From NCBI GenBank assembly GCA_003231645.1, contig QIIW01000151.1:72621-136620 (forward strand): DNA of 64,000 bases, read 5' to 3'. This stretch comes from Acidimicrobiia bacterium (lineage in GTDB: Bacteria > Actinomycetota > Acidimicrobiia > Acidimicrobiales > Aldehydirespiratoraceae). This document shows positions 1 to 8,164 of the stretch, in pieces; the first letter of the stretch is position 1, and each line of letters begins with the position of its first letter. The position numbers were made by a program, and so were the translations under genes. The notes under the pieces are model-generated. The model worked only from the letters and a program-made list of their open reading frames with translations. It did no database searches and was not told where the DNA came from.

Positions 1-425
<425 letters not shown>

Positions 426-449
426 GCCGTCGGTTTTGGCCCGGTCTGC

Positions 450-722
450 TCAGGGCGGGTCGGTCACATAGCGGCCCACGGCTTCGTCGAGCGAGATCCC
501 CACCTGGTTGGCGAGCGAGGCCAGCCAGGCCAACACGTCGCCCAGCTCATGGACCTGCTGGTCGTGGGTTCCCTTGCGTACGGCCTGAGCCAGCTCGCCC
601 AACTCCTCACACAGCCAAGCCACCGTGGCCGGTACGCCGCGTTCACGGTCGGCCTCGCCGTAGAGGCGATCCATCAGATCCTGCAGTTCGGCCAGCTCCA
701 TGTCGAGCGACTCTAGCTCCAC
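450..722 (-). CDS. small MazG-like nucleotide pyrophosphohydrolase family protein
   Basis: 90-aa all-helical ORF. The pattern WLCEELGELAQAVRKG ... HELGDVLAWLASLANQVGISL is typical of single-domain MazG/NTP-PPase proteins. The start could be GTG 722 or ATG 701. Confidence 0.6.
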   Translation of the reverse strand: MELESLDMELAELQDLMDRLYGEADRERGVPATVAWLCEELGELAQAVRKGTHDQQVHELGDVLAWLASLANQVGISLDEAVGRYVTDPP

Positions 723-752
723 CCCGACCCCCCGAACTTCGCAGAAGGGAGG

Positions 753-942
753 TCAGCGAGACTTGATCGATACGTCCGGCACCGTCGTCGACGACAGTCC
801 GATCGGCTCGGCATCGATGCCGAACACCCACCGGTGCGGCCGTAGTGGAGGTTCCGCCGTTCGCGCCGGAAGATGAGCCGCTTCAGGCACACGAAGAGGC
901 GACCACAGCGAGGGCCAGGAGCACCGCGGGTCGCTTCGACAT
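753..942 (-). pseudogene. disrupted small lipoprotein gene (signal peptide + lipobox, then in-frame TGA and a frame change)
   Basis: ATG 942 encodes MSKRPAVLLALAVVASSCA, then TGA (883-885). The same frame continues as SGSSSGANGGTSTTAAP. A different frame carries the GC3-rich tail WVFGIDAEPIGLSSTTVPDVSIKSR, which stops at 753. Confidence 0.3.
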
Positions 943-1018
943 GGCGCGACCCTACGCTTTCGTCCACGTCTGGTAGTGGTGGAACCGACGACCGAACACA
1001 TCTGTCACGAGGGGAATC

Positions 1019-1672
1019 ATGGACATCAGAGAGGCGCTCTACACGACGAGGGCAATGCGAAGGGTGCAACCCGATCCGGTTCCCGACGATGTGCAGGCGC
1101 GCATCCTCGACGCCGCCATCCGGGCCCCCAGTGGAGGAAACATCCAGGCGTGGAGGTTCATGCTGGTCGACGATCCCGACCTCAAGGTCGATCTGGGGAA
1201 TCTCTACCGCGAATGCATCGACAATCTCTGGTCCACCTTCTACAAGGACCGCCTCGATGCCGTGTCCTCCGATCCTGGGTCGGAGGGCTCACGTCAGATG
1301 CTGCGGATCAAGAAGTCGGTCGACTGGGCCAAGGAGAACTTCGCGACCTACCCACTGCTGTTGATCGCGTTCGATCGGGCCGACTCGAGCGGAAGTTCGA
1401 TCTTCCCGGCCGTGTGGAGCGCCATGTTGGCGGCCCGAGCCGAGGGTGTGGGCTCGTCGCTCACGAGCGTCCTCTCCATGAAGGCCGACGAGGTGTACGC
1501 GCTGCTCGCGGTCCCCCGGGACAGGGGATGGCGGATGGCCTGCTGTGTGCCGATGGGTTTCCCGACCGGTCGTTGGGGAGTGGCCCGGCGTCGTCCTGCT
1601 CACGAGGTGTCGTATCGAAACCGGTGGGGTAGCCCGGTGGGCTTCGAGATCCCCGAGCCGCTCTGGCCCTGA
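1019..1672 (+). CDS. nitroreductase family protein
   Basis: 217 aa. The N-terminus (RAMRRVQPDPVPDDVQARILDAAIRAPSGGNIQAWRF) is the classic nitroreductase/FMN-binding signature. A purine-rich GAGGGGA lies just upstream of the ATG. Confidence 0.8.
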   Translation: MDIREALYTTRAMRRVQPDPVPDDVQARILDAAIRAPSGGNIQAWRFMLVDDPDLKVDLGNLYRECIDNLWSTFYKDRLDAVSSDPGSEGSRQMLRIKKSVDWAKENFATYPLLLIAFDRADSSGSSIFPAVWSAMLAARAEGVGSSLTSVLSMKADEVYALLAVPRDRGWRMACCVPMGFPTGRWGVARRRPAHEVSYRNRWGSPVGFEIPEPLWP

Positions 1673-1699
1673 GCCGCGGACCGTTGGCTGGGGAATCCG

Positions 1700-1773
1700 T
1701 CGGGCAGGCGGGATTTGAACCCACGACCTCCTCGTCCCGAACGAGGCGCGCTACCAACCTGCGCCACTGCCCG
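1700..1773 (-). tRNA. tRNA-Pro (anticodon CGG)
   Basis: The reverse complement folds as a cloverleaf: acceptor CGGGCAG/CTGCCCG, D stem GCGC/GCGC, anticodon stem CCTCG/CGAGG with loop TTCGGGA, and T arm GTGGG-TTCAAAT-CCCGC. Confidence 0.9.
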
Positions 1774-1834
1774 TGTGCAGAACCGAAAGGCTACCGCCGG
1801 TGGTGCCGCGATCCCACGACGATGCTGCCGCGAA

Positions 1835-2230
1835 TCAGCCCTCGACCGAAGTCTCGACGACGCCTTCGCCGGCGAGGAAGGATTCGATTTTGTGGACCAG
1901 GGCAAAGGGGTCGAGTGGCTTGATGATCCAGTCGTCAGCACCGGTGTGTTCGGCCAGGAACACGTCGGCCTCGCGGTCGAGGAGCAGAAGGATCGGCCGG
2001 CGTTCGAGTCGGCCGGCGCCTTCCTCCTGGCGCAGTGCCAGACTGGCAGCACCGCCACCCATGTTGCCGATCTGCAGATCGAGGATCACCATGTCGGGAT
2101 CGACCTCGTTGGTGGCGGCGACCACATCGACGCCGGCTCTCACTCGGTGGATGATGTGCGTGCCCCCGACGGCGGCCTCGAGTTCGTCGAGAATCCCATC
2201 GGCGTCGGTGGCCAGAAGTATGCCTGTCAC
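1835..2230 (-). CDS. stand-alone response-regulator receiver domain protein (CheY-like)
   Basis: ILLATDADGI ... MVILDLQIGNMGG ... DWIIKPLD supplies the acidic pocket, the phospho-acceptor Asp and the conserved Lys. I prefer GTG 2230 over 2299/2305 because it leaves a 75-nt divergent promoter region. Confidence 0.75.
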   Translation of the reverse strand: MTGILLATDADGILDELEAAVGGTHIIHRVRAGVDVVAATNEVDPDMVILDLQIGNMGGGAASLALRQEEGAGRLERRPILLLLDREADVFLAEHTGADDWIIKPLDPFALVHKIESFLAGEGVVETSVEG

Positions 2231-2305
2231 GGCCCGGATCGTACACGTGGCCAGGACCGGGTCCACGGTCGGGCGTCGTGCGCCGCGTACCGATACCATG
2301 CTCAC

Positions 2306-2656
2306 GTGCTCGAGATCATCATCGAATCCGCAGAAGACACCGGCTACGCCGTGCTACGCCCCGAGGGTGAGCTCGACGCCTACTCCGTGGCGCAGTTCCG
2401 TGAGGCATTCTCCGACATCAGCGACGAGCCCCGGCTGATCGTCGATCTGGCCCAGGTCCAGTTCATCGACTCGGCCGGTCTCGGTGCTCTGATCGGTGGT
2501 ATCCGCAAGCTCCGCGAGAACGAGGGGCGCATCAGCGTCTTCTGCGACCGGGCCAACATCAACCGGCTTCTCCATACCACCGGTTTCAACCGGATCGTGC
2601 CGGTCAAGGAATCGATGACAGAGGCCGTCGCGTCACTCGACGAGGACCCCTCCTGA
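2306..2656 (+). CDS. STAS-domain anti-sigma-factor antagonist (SpoIIAA/RsbV-like)
   Basis: 116 aa starting at GTG 2306. LRPEGELDAYSVAQFREAF ... LIVDLAQVQFIDSAGLGALIGG is the STAS signature, including the phosphorylatable DSAG serine. Confidence 0.8.
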   Translation: MLEIIIESAEDTGYAVLRPEGELDAYSVAQFREAFSDISDEPRLIVDLAQVQFIDSAGLGALIGGIRKLRENEGRISVFCDRANINRLLHTTGFNRIVPVKESMTEAVASLDEDPS

Positions 2657-3730
2657 ACCCCTCACGAGAAGGGCCGCGATCTGGTTGAGTCCGTCGATGT
2701 CGTGCACGTCGGATGGCAGCAGCGGGACCTTCACCAGGGTGGCTCCGTTGACCTCGCCCATCAGGTCCTCGACTCGTTGATCGTCGCCTTCGGCGGCTGA
2801 GGTGTGATCGGCGAGGGCGGTGGCCGCCGCGGCGACGTGGCGGTGCAGCCGGGCGCTGGCGATGGCGAAGCTCCGGTCGGGCGAGGTCGACATGGTCGGA
2901 AGCATGCGGTTGACAACGACAGCGGCGACATCGAGACCGGAACCCTCGAGCTGGCGCAGGAAGAAGCGTGCCTCCTCGAGGGTGTCTCGGCGCGGAGACG
3001 CGACCAGTACGAAGGCGGTGCGATCGTCGGCCAGGAGATCGAGTGTGGCCATCGCCCTTGTTCGGAAACCGTCCTCCATCCCCTCGAACGACTGGAAGAA
3101 AGCGACCGCCTCGTCGACGACGTCGGCGCCGACCACGCGTGCAAGCCGGCGGAGCATGGTCTGGGCGGCGCTGTTGACGATTCTGAGTACGCCTCGGCTC
3201 GGGGCGGTGAGCATCCGGTAGACGGGGTTGTCGAGCAATCGTGCCAGCAGCAAAGGGGCATCGAGAAAGGCAAGAGCGTCACGGGTCGGAGGCGTGTCGA
3301 CCACCACCAGGTCCCAGTCGCTGCTCTCGTAGAGCTCACTCAATTTCTCGACCGCCATGTAGTCCTGGGTGCCGGAGAGCGTGGTGGAGATGTTTCGGTA
3401 GAACCGATTCGACAGGATTCGCTCGGCTTGGGCGTCATCGGCGGCGTTGCGCCTGACTACTTCGTCGAAGGTCGATCTGGTATCGAGCATCAGTGCCCCG
3501 AGTCGGCCCGGCCAGGGCCCGTCGATGATCTTCGGCGTGTTGTCGAGTTCGTCGATACCGAGTGCGTTGGCGAGCCGTCGGGCGGGGTCGATCGTGACCA
3601 CGACCGCGCTTCGGCCGTCGAGAGCGGCGGCAAGAGCGGTGGCTGCCGCCGTGGTGGTCTTGCCCACCCCGCCGGTACCGCAGCAGACGACGACCTCGCG
3701 ACCGTGGATGAGGTCGCGGTATCCGGTCAT
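2633..3730 (-). CDS. ArsA/Get3-family ATPase
   Basis: 365 aa. It has the P-loop CCGTGGVGKTTT and the ArsA-type segment VVVDTPPTRDALAFLDAP. Its start overlaps the stop of the upstream paralog (ATGA). Confidence 0.8.
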   Translation of the reverse strand: MTGYRDLIHGREVVVCCGTGGVGKTTTAAATALAAALDGRSAVVVTIDPARRLANALGIDELDNTPKIIDGPWPGRLGALMLDTRSTFDEVVRRNAADDAQAERILSNRFYRNISTTLSGTQDYMAVEKLSELYESSDWDLVVVDTPPTRDALAFLDAPLLLARLLDNPVYRMLTAPSRGVLRIVNSAAQTMLRRLARVVGADVVDEAVAFFQSFEGMEDGFRTRAMATLDLLADDRTAFVLVASPRRDTLEEARFFLRQLEGSGLDVAAVVVNRMLPTMSTSPDRSFAIASARLHRHVAAAATALADHTSAAEGDDQRVEDLMGEVNGATLVKVPLLPSDVHDIDGLNQIAALLVRGSGGVLVE

Positions 3731-4695
3731 GGTTGGTCGACCAGTGACTCGATACCGGCGGTCAGGGCATCGGCCAACAGCTCGATCTGAGGCGGACCGA
3801 GGTGGGGGACGAATAGATGAGGTAGACGGATCTGGGGAAGCGGGAGCTGCCCGGCGAGTCGGGTGAGTTGCTGTTGCTGCAAAGCGGAGCGTTGGAGACG
3901 GAAGGTGGCCGCGGCGAGCATGTCGTCGAACTCGACATCGGTGATGGCCCCGTAATGGGACCGCTTGGTCTTAGCCGGATCGAGGCCGGGAATCAGAGGG
4001 AGCACACTGTTGACGACCACGGGGCCGAGAGTGATGCCGACCTCGTCCTCGACCGCGAACGATGTCTCTATCAGTTCGTTCACCGGCGTCTCTTCCGGGA
4101 TGCTCACCAGCATCACCCGGCAGCGGTCCGGGTCGGACAGCAGAGCCAACGCCTGTTCGGCCTGACGGTGAATGGTTCCGGCCCGGGCCGTTTCGAGCAC
4201 GCCGGCCGGGCTGCGCAGGAAGCCGACGGCATGTCCGGCGGCCGGTGCGTCGACGACGATGAGATCGGCGGCCCGCGCCGTCTCGAGTTGGCGGATCTTG
4301 CCCAGAACCAACAGGTCCTTGATCCCCGGCGTTGCGGTGGCCACCACCTCGAGCACTCCGCTTCGGGCCATGCGCCTGGCGATCCGCTTGAATCCGTGGT
4401 CGGCCAGCCATTCGACGAGGGCCTGGTCGGGCGTCAGCGACCGGCATCTGATGTTGGTGGGGCGGCCGACATCGTCGACGACCTCGGTCTCCTCGTAGCC
4501 TTGTGGCTCGGCTCCCAGGAGGGGTGCTGCAGCCGAGCGGCCGGATACCTCGATGAGGAGCACCGACCGGCCGGTGCGAGCAGCCGCCACGGCGATTGTC
4601 GCGGCAGTAGCCGTCTTTCCGACACCGCCCTTCCCCGCCACGATCAGGACCCGCGAAGATGCGAAGAAATCACCGGGATCCATTCCCCTCCTCAT
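3727..4695 (-). CDS. ArsA/Get3-family ATPase (paralog of the downstream gene)
   Basis: 322 aa. It has the P-loop VAGKGGVGKTAT and the segment IVVDAPAAGHAVGFLRSP. It is translationally coupled to 2633..3730. Confidence 0.8.
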   Translation of the reverse strand: MRRGMDPGDFFASSRVLIVAGKGGVGKTATAATIAVAAARTGRSVLLIEVSGRSAAAPLLGAEPQGYEETEVVDDVGRPTNIRCRSLTPDQALVEWLADHGFKRIARRMARSGVLEVVATATPGIKDLLVLGKIRQLETARAADLIVVDAPAAGHAVGFLRSPAGVLETARAGTIHRQAEQALALLSDPDRCRVMLVSIPEETPVNELIETSFAVEDEVGITLGPVVVNSVLPLIPGLDPAKTKRSHYGAITDVEFDDMLAAATFRLQRSALQQQQLTRLAGQLPLPQIRLPHLFVPHLGPPQIELLADALTAGIESLVDQP

Positions 4696-4697
4696 CG

Positions 4698-5456
4698 GTT
4701 CGATCGGGTGCCGGGCGGCGCGCGAGCCTACCGCTGGTGGCCTTGTTGACGATCCTGGCGATCGTGCTCGGAGCGCTCCCCGCCGGTGCCGCCGACGAAC
4801 CTGCTCCGGTCACGCCGGCCGTCGGTGTGCCGGTGTTCGATGTGATCCAGATCTCGGGCCTGCTGGACGAGATCGTTGCCAACTTCATGAAGAAATCGAT
4901 ATCGAAGGCCGAGTCCGACGGCTCGGGCGGCCTGATACTGCAGGTCAACAGCACCAACGCCGTTGTCTCCGACCGGCGGGTGGCGGAGCTGGCCCGTGCT
5001 ATCGCCGGGTCGACCGTACCGGTCTACGCATGGGTCGGCCCGTCCGGTGCCAAGGCCGAGGATCCGGTCGCCCAACTGGTCGCCGTCACCGACGAAATGG
5101 CCGTGGCCGTCGGTGCCCGCTTCGGCAGGACCGGCGACCTGCCGGTACCGGACGCGCTGCTGCCAGAGGCGTTCCTCGCGTCTTTCGAGGCCCTGCGTAC
5201 CGACACCGTCGACGAAAGAGGGATCATCGAGATCGGAATGGCCGACCGGGACGCGCCGACGCTTGGTTTCTTCGCGCTCGACCTGCCCGGTTTCGGTAGT
5301 CGGGTCGACAACTCCGGTGACGAGCCGGTGAGGGTGCCCACCTCGGCCGTGCGCTTCTCCAAGCTGCCGCTCTTGGACGGGTGGATGCACACCTTCGCCA
5401 GTCCCGGCGATGGCCTACCTGCTGTTCCTGATCGGCGCCGCGCTGTTGGTCTTTGA
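4698..5456 (+). CDS. NfeD-family membrane-bound protease, N-terminal (ClpP-like) part; reading frame breaks near 5405
   Basis: A signal/TM segment (LPLVALLTILAIVLGALPAGAA) is followed by VIQISGLLDE ... GGLILQVNSTNAVV ... VPVYAWVGPSGAKA. GTG 4698 avoids overlap with the divergent ArsA gene. Family-like sequence continues in the +1 frame at 5410. Confidence 0.6.
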   Translation, partial: VRSGAGRRASLPLVALLTILAIVLGALPAGAADEPAPVTPAVGVPVFDVIQISGLLDEIVANFMKKSISKAESDGSGGLILQVNSTNAVVSDRRVAELARAIAGSTVPVYAWVGPSGAKAEDPVAQLVAVTDEMAVAVGARFGRTGDLPVPDALLPEAFLASFEALRTDTVDERGIIEIGMADRDAPTLGFFALDLPGFGSRVDNSGDEPVRVPTSAVRFSKLPLLDGWMHTFASPGDGLPAVPDRRRAVGL

Positions 5457-6006
5457 GTTCTACACCGCCGGTGTGGGTATCGCCGGCGTGGTGGGAGCCG
5501 AGAGTTTCGTTCTCGGTGGTTTCGGTTTCGGCATGCTTCCAACCAGGTGGTGGGCGGTGGCCCTTCTGGTTGTCGCGATGTTGGGCTACGCCATCGATGT
5601 GCAGACCGGTGTGCCGCGAGCGTGGTCGGTCATCGCCACCATTTCCCTGACCGTGGGGTCGCTCTGGCTGTTCGACGGTGCCTCCATCTCCTGGAATACC
5701 CTCGTGGCCGGGATCGGAGGCATCACTCTGGCGATGACCTCCGGGATGCCGACCATGGTGCGGTCTCGTTTCGGCACGCCGACCATCGGCCGTGGGTGGA
5801 TGATCGGGTCCATGGGGGTGGCCGCCGAGGAGATCAAGCACGACGGCGTGGTGTTGATCGACGGTGCCCTATGGAAGGCACGGGTCAACCGGTCGACCCC
5901 GATCCCCGCCGGTGATCCGGTGAGGGTGGTGGCCATCGAAGGGCTGTTTCTCGAGATCGAACCCGAGGAGGGCGGCGCCCGCGACTACCGCGAGGCGCGC
6001 GACTGA
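5410..6006 (+). CDS. NfeD-family protein, membrane + C-terminal OB-fold part
   Basis: AYLLFLIGAALLVFEF begins several TM helices. The C-terminus (GALWKARVNRSTPIPAGDPVRVVAIEGLFLEIEP) is the NfeD OB-fold. Confidence 0.6.
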   Translation: MAYLLFLIGAALLVFEFYTAGVGIAGVVGAESFVLGGFGFGMLPTRWWAVALLVVAMLGYAIDVQTGVPRAWSVIATISLTVGSLWLFDGASISWNTLVAGIGGITLAMTSGMPTMVRSRFGTPTIGRGWMIGSMGVAAEEIKHDGVVLIDGALWKARVNRSTPIPAGDPVRVVAIEGLFLEIEPEEGGARDYREARD

Positions 6007-6080
6007 CACGATTTCCACAGGTAATCCCCAGATTTGCCACGTTGAGTGACGCGATTTGGTCGGATCCCACCGAAAGCGTT

Positions 6081-6096
6081 TGTGACGTATGTCTCG
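6081..6096. promoter_or_regulatory. candidate CRP/FNR-type operator half-palindrome upstream of the whiB-family gene
   Basis: TGTGA-CGTATG-TCTCG, compared with the recalled consensus TGTGA-N6-TCACA, lies 37 nt upstream of the ATG in a locally lower-GC spacer. A Crp gene is in the window. Confidence 0.2.
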
Positions 6097-6132
6097 TCTC
6101 TGGTAGGCAATCGGGAGACTAGGGGGTAACTG

Positions 6133-6387
6133 ATGGCGATTTCTCGCAGCACGATCGATTGGCAGCTCCGTGCCGCCTGCCGCGGCCCTCAGTCGGCGGT
6201 CTTCTTTCCGCCGCCGAGGCCCGAGCGGCGAGAAGACAAGAGGCGCCGCGAGGCGCGAGCCAAGGCCATCTGCGGTGAGTGCGGTGTGCAGCTCGACTGC
6301 CTCGACTACGCGGTCACCATCAAGGAACAGCATGGAATCTGGGGTGGGTTGAGCGAGAACGAACGCAAGGTCCTGCGGGTCGTCTGA
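6133..6387 (+). CDS. WhiB-family (Wbl) iron-sulfur transcription factor
   Basis: 84 aa. Four Cys are spaced C-x29-C-x2-C-x5-C, followed by the GIWGG turn and a basic tail. Confidence 0.9.
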   Translation: MAISRSTIDWQLRAACRGPQSAVFFPPPRPERREDKRRREARAKAICGECGVQLDCLDYAVTIKEQHGIWGGLSENERKVLRVV

Positions 6388-6391
6388 GTCC

Positions 6392-6407
6392 GCCGACTCG
6401 CGTCGGC
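6392..6407. terminator. hairpin between convergent whiB-family gene and selB
   Basis: GCCGAC-tcgc-GTCGGC (6-bp stem, 4-nt loop) sits in the 24-nt spacer between the two stop codons. There is no clear U-tract. Confidence 0.35.
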
Positions 6408-6411
6408 CGCG

Positions 6412-8133
6412 TCAGTCGGGGGGTGGTAAGCGCGGCCCGGCGATCCTGATGTCGCCGCGTCGACGGGTCACTCCGGTTCCGTCGAGTCGCGAGAGCAGCG
6501 GTATGGCGAACTTCCGTGTGGTGTCCCAGGCGTCGCGCAACTCGGCGACGGTGACCCCTTCGGGTTTGGCGGCCAGAAGACGGGCCGCGATCACGGCGGC
6601 GGCGTCGACGGCGGATCTGGCGAAGAACACACCTGACTCCTCGATCACTTCGCCGCGTCGCACCAGTTCGCGCAGTTCGGCCCGGTCGAGGCCATCCGGG
6701 TCCGGCGGGGTCAGACCGCCATGCTCGAGGGCGGAGATGAACGGGTGGTCGGCGAGAGGGTCGACGGCGTCGACCGGCTTGGCGCGGTTGGCGTCGATCT
6801 TGATGCCATCGAGACCGGCCAGCACCGCACGCTCGAAATCGTCGAGCGCTCCGAGCTCCAGGCCGAGCGGACCGGCTGAATCGACTGCGGCCCGAATCGT
6901 CTCGCCGACCCGCGCCAGCACCTCGGGAGCCACCGCCCACCGGCCGACATCGGGCGACCTGGATTCGCCGGTGAGCATGGCCAGGCGAGCGACGTCTATT
7001 CGTCCTCGCTCGACTATGACCCGGTCGACATCGCGATCGGGCCGCGCCTTTGCTGCGGTCAGCACCGGATCGACATCGAGGATCTGCCCACCACCGAGCG
7101 TCTCGCCCCGACCGGCTTCGCGAAGGATGAAGCGGTCACCCGGCAACAGCGGCAAGCCCACCGGGAGATGGAGGCGGACTGCACCATGTTCGCCCGGTTC
7201 GAGCCCCGACGTACCCAGCACCGAGGCCTTCACCGGGTGTTCACCCGACCCGATGTAGGCGATGTGGGCACCGCGTCTGGTGACCCGATGATCGAGCGAG
7301 TCGAGGACCACGAGTTCGGTGTCGATCATGCGGGTCACGTGCCACTGGTCGGCGAAAACGAGCACGTCGCCTCGACCGATCTGATCATGCGACACCCCAC
7401 TCAGATTGACGGCGACCCGGCTGCCCGGACCCACTTTGGTGCGCTCGGTGTAGAGACTCTGAAGGCCACGAACTCTCACCTCGATCCCCTGGGGAAGAAT
7501 CGTGAGTTCCTGGTCGACTCGCAGCGTCCCACCGGTGAGAGTACCGGTGACCACGGTGCCGGCGCCCTTGGGGGCGAACACGCGGTCGATCCACAGGCGG
7601 GGACGTTTCGAGTCGGTGGCGGTGGGCGTGGAGGCGAGCAGTCGGTCGAGGGCCTGGGCCACCTCGTCGACGCCGACCCCGTCGATGGCGTCGACCTCGA
7701 TGATCTCGGCGCCCTCCAGGAAGGTTCCGGCCACGGAATCGGCAACTTCGAGCCGGGCGAGTTCGCGTAGTTCGTCGTCGGCCTGACCGATCTTGGTGAG
7801 CGCGATCATGCCGTGCTCAATGCCGAGAAGCTCCAGGATCCGCAGGTGCTCCTCCGACTGGGGCTTCCAGCCTTCGGTGGCCGCCACGACGAACAGACAC
7901 GCACTCACTCCCCCCACGCCGGCGAGCATGTTCTTGAGGAACCTCACGTGGCCCGGGACGTCGACGAACGCCACGCCGCGCTGCGAGGGCAGGGTGGTCG
8001 AGGCGAAACCGAGGTCGATGGTGAGACCGCGGGCCTTCTCCTCGGCCAGACGATCGGGATCGGTTCCGGTGAGCGCCTTGATCAGGGTCGACTTGCCGTG
8101 GTCGACATGACCTGCAGTGGCTACCACGTGCAT
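6412..8133 (-). CDS. selB: selenocysteine-specific translation elongation factor SelB
   Basis: The EF-Tu-like G domain begins MHVVATAGHVDHGKSTLIKALTG ... DVPGH ... and is followed by a long C-terminal winged-helix extension. I prefer ATG 8133 because ORF start 8208 would overlap selA. Confidence 0.85.
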   Translation of the reverse strand: MHVVATAGHVDHGKSTLIKALTGTDPDRLAEEKARGLTIDLGFASTTLPSQRGVAFVDVPGHVRFLKNMLAGVGGVSACLFVVAATEGWKPQSEEHLRILELLGIEHGMIALTKIGQADDELRELARLEVADSVAGTFLEGAEIIEVDAIDGVGVDEVAQALDRLLASTPTATDSKRPRLWIDRVFAPKGAGTVVTGTLTGGTLRVDQELTILPQGIEVRVRGLQSLYTERTKVGPGSRVAVNLSGVSHDQIGRGDVLVFADQWHVTRMIDTELVVLDSLDHRVTRRGAHIAYIGSGEHPVKASVLGTSGLEPGEHGAVRLHLPVGLPLLPGDRFILREAGRGETLGGGQILDVDPVLTAAKARPDRDVDRVIVERGRIDVARLAMLTGESRSPDVGRWAVAPEVLARVGETIRAAVDSAGPLGLELGALDDFERAVLAGLDGIKIDANRAKPVDAVDPLADHPFISALEHGGLTPPDPDGLDRAELRELVRRGEVIEESGVFFARSAVDAAAVIAARLLAAKPEGVTVAELRDAWDTTRKFAIPLLSRLDGTGVTRRRGDIRIAGPRLPPPD

Positions 8134-8164
8134 GGCCGAGCCTCGATCGTGGGAGGTGGCGGTC

